A stretch of DNA of 64,000 bases from assembly GCA_037189585.1 (NCBI GenBank), contig JBBCJA010000012.1, positions 133,332 to 197,331 of the forward strand. The letters are read 5' to 3'. The notes below the pieces were generated by a model. It ran no database searches and was not told where the DNA came from. It worked only from the letters and a program-made list of their open reading frames with translations. Shown in pieces: positions 18,606 to 28,001 of the stretch (within the stretch, counting starts at the first letter, position 1; each line of letters begins with the position of its first letter). Both the position numbers and the translations under genes were made by a program. The DNA comes from Selenomonadaceae bacterium (lineage in GTDB: Bacteria > Vulcanimicrobiota > Xenobia > Xenobiales > JADMJV01).

Positions 18606-19691
18606 ATGCCATTGGTCTCTCATTTTCCGCTCCCATCCTTCGCGGAGCTGCGTCAGCGCGGCCACCAGGTTCTCGATCTCAATCAGGCCCACTGCCAGGA
18701 CATTCGCGAAATGCACATCGGTCTTTTGAACATGATGCCGGACGCGGCCTTTCAAGTCACCGAACGGCAGTATCTCGGCCTGATCGGCGCCTGCAATCAG
18801 ATTGTCCAGTTTTACGTCCACCCCTTCACCATCGAAGGCCTGGAGCGCGACCTTGCCACTCAGGCCTACATTGATCGCTACTATTCCCGTTTTTCACAAC
18901 TGCAAAAGACCGGTCTTGACGCCCTGATCATCACCGGCGCCAACGTGACCAACCCCGATCTACGCTTGGAGCCGTTCTGGGACCCCCTGAGAGAAGTGGC
19001 CGAATGGGCGCAAGAGACGGTGACAAGCGTGATGTGTTCATGTCTTGCGAGCCACGCTCTGATCGAGATGCTTTACGGAGTGAGACGCTCTCGTCTGGAC
19101 CGTAAGAAATGGGGGGTCTACCGTCACTTTCACACCGAGTACGGTCAACGCCACCCCTTGTTGCGAGACGTCAATACCCTCTTCGATGTGCCCCACTCTC
19201 GCTGGAACACCCTCGATCTCGAGGACCTTCAGCAAGCTGGTGTACCTGTTCTGGTGGTGACGCGGGCCGATGACGTTCATCTGGCCACAAGCCCCGACGG
19301 TTTTCGCTTCATCTTCTCTCAGGGCCATCCCGAGTACGACATCAACAGTCTTCTGAAGGAATACAAGCGAGAGGTTCTTCTCTATGCCGGACACAATCGT
19401 AAGACTTATCCGCCTTTCCCCGAGAACTACTTCTCGGAACGATGCGAGCGCCTGGGCCGCTCGATCGAAAAATTGGCTCGTCGACGCCGAGCCCACGGTG
19501 AAGCCCTCTCCGCCGATGAATTCTGCGAAACCGATTTCGAGACGTGCCTGCACAACACGTGGGGCGACACCGGCAAGGCGATCTTCAACAACTGGCTAGG
19601 GTTAGTCTACCAGATGACCCACATCGATCGGCGCCGTCCCTTTCTCAACGGAATTAACCCTGAAGATCCGTTAGGGTGTGCCATCAACTAA
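18606..19691 (+). CDS. metA: homoserine O-acyltransferase (MetA family)
   Basis: IREMHIGLLNMMPDAAFQVTERQYLGL, ALIITGANV and the SVMCSCLASHAL Cys context. At 361 aa it is longer than typical MetA. Confidence 0.75.
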   Translation: MPLVSHFPLPSFAELRQRGHQVLDLNQAHCQDIREMHIGLLNMMPDAAFQVTERQYLGLIGACNQIVQFYVHPFTIEGLERDLATQAYIDRYYSRFSQLQKTGLDALIITGANVTNPDLRLEPFWDPLREVAEWAQETVTSVMCSCLASHALIEMLYGVRRSRLDRKKWGVYRHFHTEYGQRHPLLRDVNTLFDVPHSRWNTLDLEDLQQAGVPVLVVTRADDVHLATSPDGFRFIFSQGHPEYDINSLLKEYKREVLLYAGHNRKTYPPFPENYFSERCERLGRSIEKLARRRRAHGEALSADEFCETDFETCLHNTWGDTGKAIFNNWLGLVYQMTHIDRRRPFLNGINPEDPLGCAIN

Positions 19692-19700
19692 CCTTCCGTC

Positions 19701-19827
19701 GCTACACTTGCCCGACACCCACTTCATGCGAACCCGCGCCCTCGGGGGGGGCGATATTTTTCTTAAATACATTTAGTATTAGGCGAAAAATCCCACCCCC
19801 CGAGAACAAAAATGTTCTAAGTGTAGC
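19701..19827. repeat. nested inverted repeats around an AT-rich core, between convergent genes
   Basis: Outer pair: GCTACACTT (19701-19709) / AAGTGTAGC (19819-19827). Inner pair: CTCGGGGGG (19741-19749) / CCCCCCGAG (19796-19804). Centre: AATAC-ATTTA-GTATT (19766-19780). There is also GAACA-AAAA-TGTTC (19804-19817). Confidence 0.6.
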
Positions 19828-19852
19828 TCGGAATGCCAATTGATGGCACACC

Positions 19853-20923
19853 CTAAATCTTCGGAATAGCGTCTCGGCGTAGAAAGGAAGCCCAATGAGC
19901 CTGCAGCTCACCACTGGTGGGTCCCTCCAGTGGTGCCGGCAATCTCGCTTCCGCGATGGTTCCCCAGGGAGAGTTGGGACGCAACCGGAAAATTCCGCCC
20001 AGGACCTCGGCCCTTTCTCGCATGATGTAATGCTCCAAAGTGTCCTGGCAGGGCACCTCCGGAGGAGGGTCGCCGTCGTCGGCCAAGCGTAGGACAATCC
20101 AGTCACCGTCCATACTCAAAGCCACGTCGATCTGTTTGGCCACCCCACATCGAATGACGTGGTTGATCCCTTCTTGAGCGATGCGGAACAAAGCGATGCG
20201 GGTCTCCCAGTCCAGCGAGATCGGCGGGTGCGTGCGGGGGAAGGTCCAAGCCAGTCCCTCTCTCTGAGCGAACTGAACCAACAGCCATTCCAGGCCGGAT
20301 TCCAGGCCGAGATCGTCGAGGATGGGTGGTCGCAACGAGGCGGTGAAGCGACGAACGCTATTCATGGCGTCCACCACCACGGTGGAAAGACGGGAAGCCG
20401 TCATGCCCGCCTCGGGCGGAAGACTTTGATGGAGGCGGTCCAGTTCGAGTTTTAGACCAGCCAGAGTCTGGCCTAACTCCTCATGAAGGTCGCGCGCTAT
20501 CCCTTGACGCTCCTGTTCCTTGATAGTTTGAAGACGGCGCACGAAGGCCCGTGACACGGGGTCGACGTCGACCCGTTCGGTGATGTCGTCGACGCGAGAG
20601 AGAAACCCCTTAGGCACTCCTGCCTCATCTCGCTCTAAGATCGTGGAAAGCAGCGCCCAAACGACTCGTCCACTACTGTGAAGATAACGTTTGATGACCT
20701 GATGCATCTCTTCGCGATGGCGTACGGCACGATCCACCAAAGCCACGCTCTGGGCCCTGTCTTCGGGATGAGTGAGTTCACCCGCCGTTAACGAGAGCAG
20801 CTCGGATTCGGAATAGCCGAACAGATCGCAGATGGCCTGATTCACTTGTAGGAACCGGCCTTCGGGAGAAAGCCGGGCATAAGGAACTGGCTGGCTAGCC
20901 AGCTCCTCCCATGCTGGTCGCAT
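19853..20923 (-). CDS. PAS-domain sensor histidine kinase (HisKA_3 / NarL-partner type)
   Basis: N-terminal PAS domain (LFGYSESELLSLTAGELTHPED). H-box ERQGIARDLHEELGQTLAGLKLEL. The C-terminal domain is HATPase-like. Confidence 0.8.
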   Translation of the reverse strand: MRPAWEELASQPVPYARLSPEGRFLQVNQAICDLFGYSESELLSLTAGELTHPEDRAQSVALVDRAVRHREEMHQVIKRYLHSSGRVVWALLSTILERDEAGVPKGFLSRVDDITERVDVDPVSRAFVRRLQTIKEQERQGIARDLHEELGQTLAGLKLELDRLHQSLPPEAGMTASRLSTVVVDAMNSVRRFTASLRPPILDDLGLESGLEWLLVQFAQREGLAWTFPRTHPPISLDWETRIALFRIAQEGINHVIRCGVAKQIDVALSMDGDWIVLRLADDGDPPPEVPCQDTLEHYIMRERAEVLGGIFRLRPNSPWGTIAEARLPAPLEGPTSGELQAHWASFLRRDAIPKI

Positions 20924-21020
20924 TGTCTTAAATGACCCCCGGGAATGGCTTAGCCATCGACCCGAGATTGGCCTGCCGGATCGGAACGAAGAGACCTATG
21001 GTGGCATCCCGGAGGACACG

Positions 21021-22679
21021 TTAGCGGCCGGGTCTACCTCCCCCTCGATACGAATCCCTGGTGTTATAGGGTCCATGCGAGCCATCACTGGGGGGCTCCC
21101 CCGGAAAGCCTCCTTGAGGAGGCGGCCAAGGGCGGCCGTCGGGTCCAGAGACTGGCGACGGCATGCCGTCCGGCACAGGTGGACGACCGTTCCTCCCCGG
21201 TTCTCGTATGTCGGGGACGGGTTGAGAAGATGATTGAACCGGCATCGTAGGGGATTCCACTACACTGACTGGGGTGGCTCGCTCCTCAACCACGGCGCTC
21301 GGCTGAGCGGGCGGTACGCTCTCGACGCGACGGGGGGCCGTCGGATAGCTGTCGCGGGGCCAGTTCTCGACGTTCTTGGTGCTGCTCACGGCCACTTTAG
21401 GTTGATCAGGCTGGCTGGTTATCGCCGTCTTCGGTTGAGAAGGTGGTTGTTTGGGGCGGGCGATAGGGCTGGGGATTTGGGAACGTCCGCTCGGCGGAGA
21501 GAGCACGGCTTTTGTCTCTTGGCCTTCTTCCCCGCTATGAGAAGATAAACCCGGGCCAGAGAGGGTAGGGCCAGACCCTTCCGGAAGGGCGACCGAGCCT
21601 CGATTCACCACGCGTAACTGTTGCTCCGGGGTCGAGGTCTCTCCCCTCAACTTTGGACCGAGAGTCAGGCCTAACAACAAAGCCAGAACCGCCGCGGAAA
21701 TGGCCCCCAGAGCTCCCCAAGGCACACGAGACAGCATCGGCTCGGAAGCCGGAACCAGTTGCACCTCAAAGGTTGGCTTGGGGGCTGGAGTGCCTATCGT
21801 GCCGCCAAGGTCTTCCGTGGAGCCCTCTTCCTCAGACTCTACTCCAACCGAGTCGAGACTGAGCAAAAATTCTTCCACCGTGCTCTGACGCTCACCCTTG
21901 CTGATGGCCAATGCTTTCAGAAAAATCGCATCCAGAGCTTTAGGAAGTTGCGGATTGACCCGCGAGGGAGGCTCGACTTCCGCGCCTTGGGAGATGCGCG
22001 AGACGGCGTCAGGTGGAATCTTCCCCGTCATCAACTGATAGAGAGTGGCGGCCAAGGAATAGATGTCCGAACGCTGGTCGGTCGACTGCCCTCCGCCATA
22101 CTGTTCGATGGGAGAAAAACCCGAGGTCCCCGTACCTCTGAGAAAGGTGCTGGTCTTTTCACCCTCCTGCCCAGTTCGGGCGATTCCAAAATCGATCAAT
22201 TTGACCCTACCAGAGCTTTCCACCATCACATTCGATGGCTTGAGATCACGAAAAAGAATCGGTGGGTCCTGAGTGTGCAGATAGGTCAGCACGGCACCCA
22301 ATGGTTGAGCCCATTCTTTGATCTGAGCCCAGGAGAACGGCCGCCCGCGCTGCCGCAGTCTTTGTTGCAGCGTTTCCCCAGGAACGTAGGCCATGACCAG
22401 ATAGTGTTTGTCGGCCTCGACAAAAAAGTCGGTCACAGCGACCAGATTGGGATGCTCCAGATGGGCCAGCAACTTGGCTTCCGATCGAAATTGCGCGACA
22501 GCGGCATCTAATTCGCGCTGACTGAGCCCTCGAAGCTCCATCTCCTTGATGGCGACCTTTTTCCCACCGAGTGCTTCCATGGTGGCTAGATAGACGGCGC
22601 CCATACCGCCCTGACCCAACACCGACTCGATCCGGTAGCGCCCGGCTAAGACCTGTCCTGGCTCAGTCATCGCGCTCAT
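21021..22679 (-). CDS. Ser/Thr protein kinase with one TM helix and a Pro-rich extracytoplasmic tail
   Basis: GQGGMGAVY, VAIKEM, FRDLKPSNVMV, DFGIA, then a TM segment (WGALGAISAAVLALLLGLTLG) and about 200 aa of P/S-rich sequence. Confidence 0.85.
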   Translation of the reverse strand: MSAMTEPGQVLAGRYRIESVLGQGGMGAVYLATMEALGGKKVAIKEMELRGLSQRELDAAVAQFRSEAKLLAHLEHPNLVAVTDFFVEADKHYLVMAYVPGETLQQRLRQRGRPFSWAQIKEWAQPLGAVLTYLHTQDPPILFRDLKPSNVMVESSGRVKLIDFGIARTGQEGEKTSTFLRGTGTSGFSPIEQYGGGQSTDQRSDIYSLAATLYQLMTGKIPPDAVSRISQGAEVEPPSRVNPQLPKALDAIFLKALAISKGERQSTVEEFLLSLDSVGVESEEEGSTEDLGGTIGTPAPKPTFEVQLVPASEPMLSRVPWGALGAISAAVLALLLGLTLGPKLRGETSTPEQQLRVVNRGSVALPEGSGPTLSGPGLSSHSGEEGQETKAVLSPPSGRSQIPSPIARPKQPPSQPKTAITSQPDQPKVAVSSTKNVENWPRDSYPTAPRRVESVPPAQPSAVVEERATPVSVVESPTMPVQSSSQPVPDIREPGRNGRPPVPDGMPSPVSGPDGRPWPPPQGGFPGEPPSDGSHGPYNTRDSYRGGGRPGR

Positions 22680-23574
22680 CTCTTTGAGCGGTGACTCGAT
22701 TGCGACCGTTGGACTTGGAAGCGTAAAGAGCTTCGTCAGCCTTCTGGAAGGCAGCGCGCCAATCCTGAAAGGTCACCAGGGCGACGACTCCGGAACTGAT
22801 GGTGACCCGCAAAGTGGATTCACTGGAGACGGGGATATCGGTCCCCTCGACTTCACTGCGGAGTCGCTCGAGCAAAGTGACGGCACCCTCGAGGCCTGCC
22901 TGGCGAATGTATAGAATGAACTCTTCCCCACCCCAACGCCCGACCAGATCGCCCGTTCGTACTCCCTCTTTGAGCTTTCCGGCCAGGGTTCTCAGAACGA
23001 CATCGCCGGCCTGGTGGCCGTGAGTGTCGTTGACCTTCTTGAAATGGTCCACATCCACCAGAGCCAAACAGGACTCCATTTTGTGCCGCGTGATGACGCT
23101 GAACTCTTCTTCCAGTCGCTCCTCGAAGGTGCGGCGGTTGAACAAACTCGTCAGAGGGTCCAGGGTCGCGCTCTGGTACATCTTCTGCAACAAGTCCTGA
23201 ACCCCCAAGGTGGAGGCTTCGAGACGCATCTGGACTTCGGGACCTAAAGCCATGGTCTCGCCGGGGCTGAGAAGTCGCTTTTTCACTAACACGCCGTCGA
23301 CAAAGACCCCGTTGGTGGAATCCATGTCCTCCAGCATCGCCTTGCCGTTGGGGTCAAGGGTTAAGCTGGCGTGCTCTCTGCTCACTCCGCGGCCGGTCAC
23401 GGGAATGTCGCACTTGTCCGAACGGCCCAGAGTGGTTCGCCCGGGATTGAGATTGAAGACCGCCCCCTTATCAGGCCCGGCCATCACCAAAAGGTAGAAA
23501 GACGGTGTCTCGGAGAGCTGAGTCAGCTGGACTGGAGTTAAAAACTCCATGGTTTCGGTAAGCGGCTCTTCCAC
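22663..23574 (-). CDS. FHA-domain diguanylate cyclase (FHA-GGDEF)
   Basis: FHA domain: TLGRSDKCDIPVTGRGVSREHASL..NGVFVDG. GGDEF domain: RTGDLVGRWGGEEFILY (an RxxD I-site plus GGEEF). Its 3' end overlaps the kinase gene by 17 nt. Confidence 0.85.
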   Translation of the reverse strand: MEEPLTETMEFLTPVQLTQLSETPSFYLLVMAGPDKGAVFNLNPGRTTLGRSDKCDIPVTGRGVSREHASLTLDPNGKAMLEDMDSTNGVFVDGVLVKKRLLSPGETMALGPEVQMRLEASTLGVQDLLQKMYQSATLDPLTSLFNRRTFEERLEEEFSVITRHKMESCLALVDVDHFKKVNDTHGHQAGDVVLRTLAGKLKEGVRTGDLVGRWGGEEFILYIRQAGLEGAVTLLERLRSEVEGTDIPVSSESTLRVTISSGVVALVTFQDWRAAFQKADEALYASKSNGRNRVTAQRDERDD

Positions 23575-23616
23575 TCCTGACGAGATACTCGAAAGTGGGC
23601 TCGAAAGCCTGCAAAC

Positions 23617-25098
23617 TTAGGAGACGGCCCACTCCCGCGAACGCTCCACCGCCCTGCGCCAGGTCGCCCTCCGCTCCTCGGCTTGCTGGGAGCTCTGTTG
23701 GGGTTCGAAAGTCCGCTCGATCTGGTCGCATTCGGACAGGTAGTCCAGGTCGGGGTAAAGCCCAACCGCCAATCCCGCCAGTAAGGCGGCGCCTAAAGCT
23801 GTGGTCTCGGTATTTTTGGGACGCACCACCGGTGCCTGCAACAGATCCGCCTGGATCTGCATCAACAGATCGTTACCGGCCGCTCCTCCATCGACTCGCA
23901 AAGCTCGCAGGTCGACACCGGCATCCTTTTGCATCGCTTCCATCAAGTCGGCCACCTGAAAGGCGATAGCTTCCAGAGTCGCCCGGGCGATGTGGGCGCG
24001 ACCCGTGCCGCGAGTCAGACCGAGGATCGTTCCTCGCGCGTCCTGGTCCCAGTAGGGGGTGCCCAGCCCGTTGAAAGCCGGCACGAAGACGACCCCGTCG
24101 CTCGATTCCACGCTTCGGGCCAACGGTTCCACCTCGGACGAATTCGAGATGATACCCAATCCGTCGCGCAGCCAGCCCACAGCGGCGCCGCCGATAAAAA
24201 CGCTGCCTTCCAAGGCGTAAGAGGTCGCTCCCTCTCTCCCCCAGGCCACCGTCGAGAGTAACTGGTTCTCTGAACAGCGCCGCTCGGCTCCCGTTTGCAA
24301 GAGCATGAAACAGCCTGTTCCGTAGGTGTTCTTAGAGTATCCCGGCTGGTGGCAGAACTGGCCAAAAAGGGCCGCCTGCTGGTCTCCCGCGATACCGGCC
24401 AGCGGGATCGTCCCACCCAGAACCGTTGTCTCGGCGAAGACCCCTTGAGAGGGAACCACCTGAGGCAAGACGCTTCGAGGAATATTGAAAAGCTGCAAAA
24501 GCTCCTCGTCCCATTCACCTCCCTCGATGTCGTAGAGCATGGTGCGACTGGCATTGGAGGGGTCGGTCAGATGGGCCTGCCCCTGAGTCAATTTGTGGAT
24601 CAGCCAGCTGTCGACCGTTCCAAAACAGATCTCTCCCGCTTGAGCCCGCTCTCGAACGCCGGGTACGTTGTCGAGGACCCAGGCCACCTTGGAAGCGGAG
24701 AAATAAGCGTCCACCACCAGACCTGTCTTCTCGGTGATCTCCCGACCCCTCTCGGCCTTCCAGGCCTTGCACCGTCCGGCCGTTCGCCGATCCTGCCAGA
24801 CGATGGCGTTGGCCACCGGCTGGCCCGTCTGGCGGTCCCACAGTACCGTCGTCTCACGCTGATTGGTGATCCCGATCCCTTTAACTTCATCGGGACGGAT
24901 ATCGGCCTTGGCCAATGCCTCATGGGCCACCGCCAACTGGCTGGACCAGATCTCCTCGGGGTCGTGCTCCACCCAGCCCGGATGAGGATAGATCTGGCTA
25001 AACTCCCGTTGAGCCAGGCTGACCACCTGAGCGCGCTGGTCGAACAGAAGGGCCCGGGAAGAGCTGGTACCCTGGTCTAAAGAAAGAATATAGGACAC
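23617..25098 (-). CDS. glpK: glycerol kinase
   Basis: [33 protein letters not shown], and end-to-end FGGY-kinase colinearity over 493 aa. Confidence 0.9.
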   Translation of the reverse strand: MSYILSLDQGTSSSRALLFDQRAQVVSLAQREFSQIYPHPGWVEHDPEEIWSSQLAVAHEALAKADIRPDEVKGIGITNQRETTVLWDRQTGQPVANAIVWQDRRTAGRCKAWKAERGREITEKTGLVVDAYFSASKVAWVLDNVPGVRERAQAGEICFGTVDSWLIHKLTQGQAHLTDPSNASRTMLYDIEGGEWDEELLQLFNIPRSVLPQVVPSQGVFAETTVLGGTIPLAGIAGDQQAALFGQFCHQPGYSKNTYGTGCFMLLQTGAERRCSENQLLSTVAWGREGATSYALEGSVFIGGAAVGWLRDGLGIISNSSEVEPLARSVESSDGVVFVPAFNGLGTPYWDQDARGTILGLTRGTGRAHIARATLEAIAFQVADLMEAMQKDAGVDLRALRVDGGAAGNDLLMQIQADLLQAPVVRPKNTETTALGAALLAGLAVGLYPDLDYLSECDQIERTFEPQQSSQQAEERRATWRRAVERSREWAVS

Positions 25099-25167
25099 GG
25101 TTCACCTCGCGAAAACGGCAAATTCGAAACCTCGCCAGAACCTTCCTGGGAGGACCCGTCAGCGACC

Positions 25168-26763
25168 TTGAGCAACCTCGAGAAAGTGGATGACGCGGAC
25201 CTTATTCTCGTGGACGGAACGACCCTGGATGGCCACCGCATCGACCTGGCGGTGGTCGGAACAACGATCTCGGAACTGGCTCCGACCGGCGCTCTCCGTC
25301 ACCAGCGACGTGCCGGCACCACTGTTCTCGAGTTGGAAGGACGACTCTTGACCCCAGGATTGTGGGATGCCCACATCCATCTCTATCATTGGTGCCAAGC
25401 TCGGCGACAGCTCTCCTTGACCGGCTGCGCCGACCGCGACGAGCTCTTGGCCCGAGTGGCCGGCGCCCCTTCGGGAACAGGATGGCTGCTAGGGAACGGC
25501 TGGAACAACTCCACCTGGCCGGATAGCCGACCACCGACTCGACAAGAGCTTGATGAGCGCACGGGTGAACGCCCCACCCTGCTCTGGTGCTCGGACCTTC
25601 ACTCCGCGGTGGCCAACACGGTGGCTCTGCGACAAGCGAACATGCTCAGTCCTGGACTGGCTATCGCGGGCGGGGTGATCGAACGCGACCCGGACGGGTC
25701 GCCCAACGGATGGCTCAAAGAAATGGCCGCCAACCAGATCCGACAAACTGTCCCCGAACCGACTCCCGCCGAGCTTCAAGAGCTTCTCGAACAAGCCGCG
25801 GGAGAACTCCTGAGTCTGGGCGTGACCGCTGTCTGCGACCAGAGGATCAAGGACCAGAATGACGGGCGGGTCATTATGGCGGCTCTCCTCGAGCTCGAGC
25901 GAGAAGGTCGCTGGCCTTTACGGACCAGTGTCAATCTGGCGGCCCACCATCTCGATCAGGCCATCGCTTTAGGCTTGACGACGGGCTTCGGCTCGGACCG
26001 AGTCCGCTTCGGACACCTCAAACTTTTCGCCGACGGCGCCCTGGGTTCACGGACAGCTCGCATGCTGGAGCCGTTCTCTTCCGGCGGCTGCGGGCCCGAC
26101 GGCCGGGGGCTCTATCTGACCGAGCCCGAAGAGATGCGCGAAACCATCCACAAAGCCGCTCGAGCCGGCTGGAGCATCTCCATTCACGCCATCGGAGACG
26201 AAGCCAACCGGGTCTGTCTGGACCTTTTCGAAGAGCTCGACCGCGAGGGTGTTCCACGCCCTCGAATCCCTCACCGGATCGAGCACGTTCAGATCCTCTC
26301 CGACGCCGATGTCGGCAGATTGGCCCAACTGGGTCTGAGCGCCAGCGTGCAGGCCGGGCACCTGCTCGACGACCGCGCCGCCGCCGATGACGCCCTGGGT
26401 CCGCGCGCCCGCCTGGCTTACCGCTTCGCCGACCTGCTCCAGGCAGGCACACGTCTCGTCTTCGGCACCGACGCGCCTGTCAGCCGGGTGGACCCGGCCT
26501 ACGGCATGCGGGCTGCCCTGCATCGCCGGTGGGGAAATGACTCACCCTGGTTTTCCGAGCAATGCTTGTCAGCGGAAACCGTTTGGCGCGGCTACACCGG
26601 CGATGCCTCGCTAGCAGCCGGCTGGAGCGACCTGGTGGGACGCCTGGAGGTGGGACAGGTCGCCGACCTGGTCTCGTGGGAAGGCGAATTCGAGCAAGCC
26701 CGCGATGGATTCTCGACAGGACCAGCTCAGGTCATCTCCGATGGAAAGTTGCTCAGACCATGA
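25168..26763 (+). CDS. amidohydrolase-3 family protein (YtcJ-like)
   Basis: LTPGLWDAHIHLYHW (HxH), SIHAIGDEAN and HRIEHVQIL. The start is either TTG at 25168 or GTG at 25186. Confidence 0.75.
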   Translation: MSNLEKVDDADLILVDGTTLDGHRIDLAVVGTTISELAPTGALRHQRRAGTTVLELEGRLLTPGLWDAHIHLYHWCQARRQLSLTGCADRDELLARVAGAPSGTGWLLGNGWNNSTWPDSRPPTRQELDERTGERPTLLWCSDLHSAVANTVALRQANMLSPGLAIAGGVIERDPDGSPNGWLKEMAANQIRQTVPEPTPAELQELLEQAAGELLSLGVTAVCDQRIKDQNDGRVIMAALLELEREGRWPLRTSVNLAAHHLDQAIALGLTTGFGSDRVRFGHLKLFADGALGSRTARMLEPFSSGGCGPDGRGLYLTEPEEMRETIHKAARAGWSISIHAIGDEANRVCLDLFEELDREGVPRPRIPHRIEHVQILSDADVGRLAQLGLSASVQAGHLLDDRAAADDALGPRARLAYRFADLLQAGTRLVFGTDAPVSRVDPAYGMRAALHRRWGNDSPWFSEQCLSAETVWRGYTGDASLAAGWSDLVGRLEVGQVADLVSWEGEFEQARDGFSTGPAQVISDGKLLRP

Positions 26764-28001
26764 CCTCTCGCCCTTTACGAATCGCCTTGATCAAGGACGG
26801 TGAACCTTTCCCGCAATTCATCGCTCCCTGGACTTTGCGCAGTGGAAACCTGGCCGTGGCGTTAGCCGAGCGAGGTCACGACGTGACCTGGTACTGCTCC
26901 ACCTTCATGCACTACGAAAAGGAATTCTACGCCACCTTGGACACCACCGAGGAGCGCCCCGAAGGCTACCGCATGCGTCTTCTTCATTCCGGCGGATATC
27001 GGCGAAACATCTCGCCTCAGCGCTACTTGCACCATGCCCGACTGGGGGCCAAAGTGTATGAAAACTTACGTCAAAGTCCGAAACCTTTCGACCTGATCAT
27101 CTGCTGCGTGCCCATCATCGAGACGGCTCTAGCTTGTTGGCTTCACGCTCGGGCCCAAAAGATTCCACTGATTCTCGATATCCAAGATCCCTGGCCCGAA
27201 GTGTTCGTCACCTACGCCCCTCGACGCTATCAAGCGTTCGTCCGGGGAGTACTGGCCCCTTATTTCCTTCTGGCCGGCGGCCTTTTTCGAAGAGCCGATT
27301 CGGTGGTTTCTTGCTCGGAGGGCTTTCTCGAGTGGGGGCAGCAACTCGCCGGGCGCGATTCTCGACAGTGCGATAGAGATCGAGTTTTCTATCACGGCGC
27401 TCACGACATGGTGGGAAAGATCGCCCCCTGTCCGATTGTCGAAACTTCTGGTCTACGCAGTATTTACGCCGGCGCCATCTCCCGGACCTACGACCTCGAG
27501 CCGGTACTGCAACTGGCTTTGGCCCAGGCCGAGCGGGGCGACTCTCACCACATCTTCCTGGCCGGCCAGGGCGATAAGTACCAGGCTCTACGGAACCAGT
27601 ATGAACAACTACCCAACGTCACTTTTTTGGGTTGGATGCAACGAGACCAGGTCTACGCCCTGGCTCAGACTTGCCATCTCGGTTGGTTGCCGCTAGCCGA
27701 GGGGCGGGACGATTTTCTGCCCAACAAACCTTTCGAATACGCCGCTTTAGGCCTGGCCATCGCAAACTCTAGCCAGGGCGAGGCCGGTCGATTGATAGAA
27801 CGCCATCAGATGGGTTTTTTCTACAAAGATACAGCTCATCTGATTAGCCAGGTCCCTCACCTAATGCCGGGGCAAAAGACCCTGGAAACCTGGCGCCGGA
27901 ATGGTCGGCGTTTCTTCTCCACTCAGGGCGACGCCAAAGTCTGCGCGGGCTACTTCGCCGACCACGTGGAAAACGTGGCGGCTCAGGGCGGAGCCGGATA
28001 G
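26760..28001 (+). CDS. family-4 glycosyltransferase
   Basis: The start MTSRPLRIALI is in an ATGA overlap with the upstream gene. The C-terminal half has the GT-B pattern (LPNVTFLGWM..NKPFEYAALGLAI). The track extension to 26562 lies inside the previous gene. Confidence 0.7.
   Translation: MTSRPLRIALIKDGEPFPQFIAPWTLRSGNLAVALAERGHDVTWYCSTFMHYEKEFYATLDTTEERPEGYRMRLLHSGGYRRNISPQRYLHHARLGAKVYENLRQSPKPFDLIICCVPIIETALACWLHARAQKIPLILDIQDPWPEVFVTYAPRRYQAFVRGVLAPYFLLAGGLFRRADSVVSCSEGFLEWGQQLAGRDSRQCDRDRVFYHGAHDMVGKIAPCPIVETSGLRSIYAGAISRTYDLEPVLQLALAQAERGDSHHIFLAGQGDKYQALRNQYEQLPNVTFLGWMQRDQVYALAQTCHLGWLPLAEGRDDFLPNKPFEYAALGLAIANSSQGEAGRLIERHQMGFFYKDTAHLISQVPHLMPGQKTLETWRRNGRRFFSTQGDAKVCAGYFADHVENVAAQGGAG

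Noticed and set aside
21021-21700. The Pro/Ser-rich 3' third of the kinase gene as a possible tandem DNA repeat or contingency locus.
   Set aside because: I saw no exact nucleotide repeat units, only compositional low complexity.
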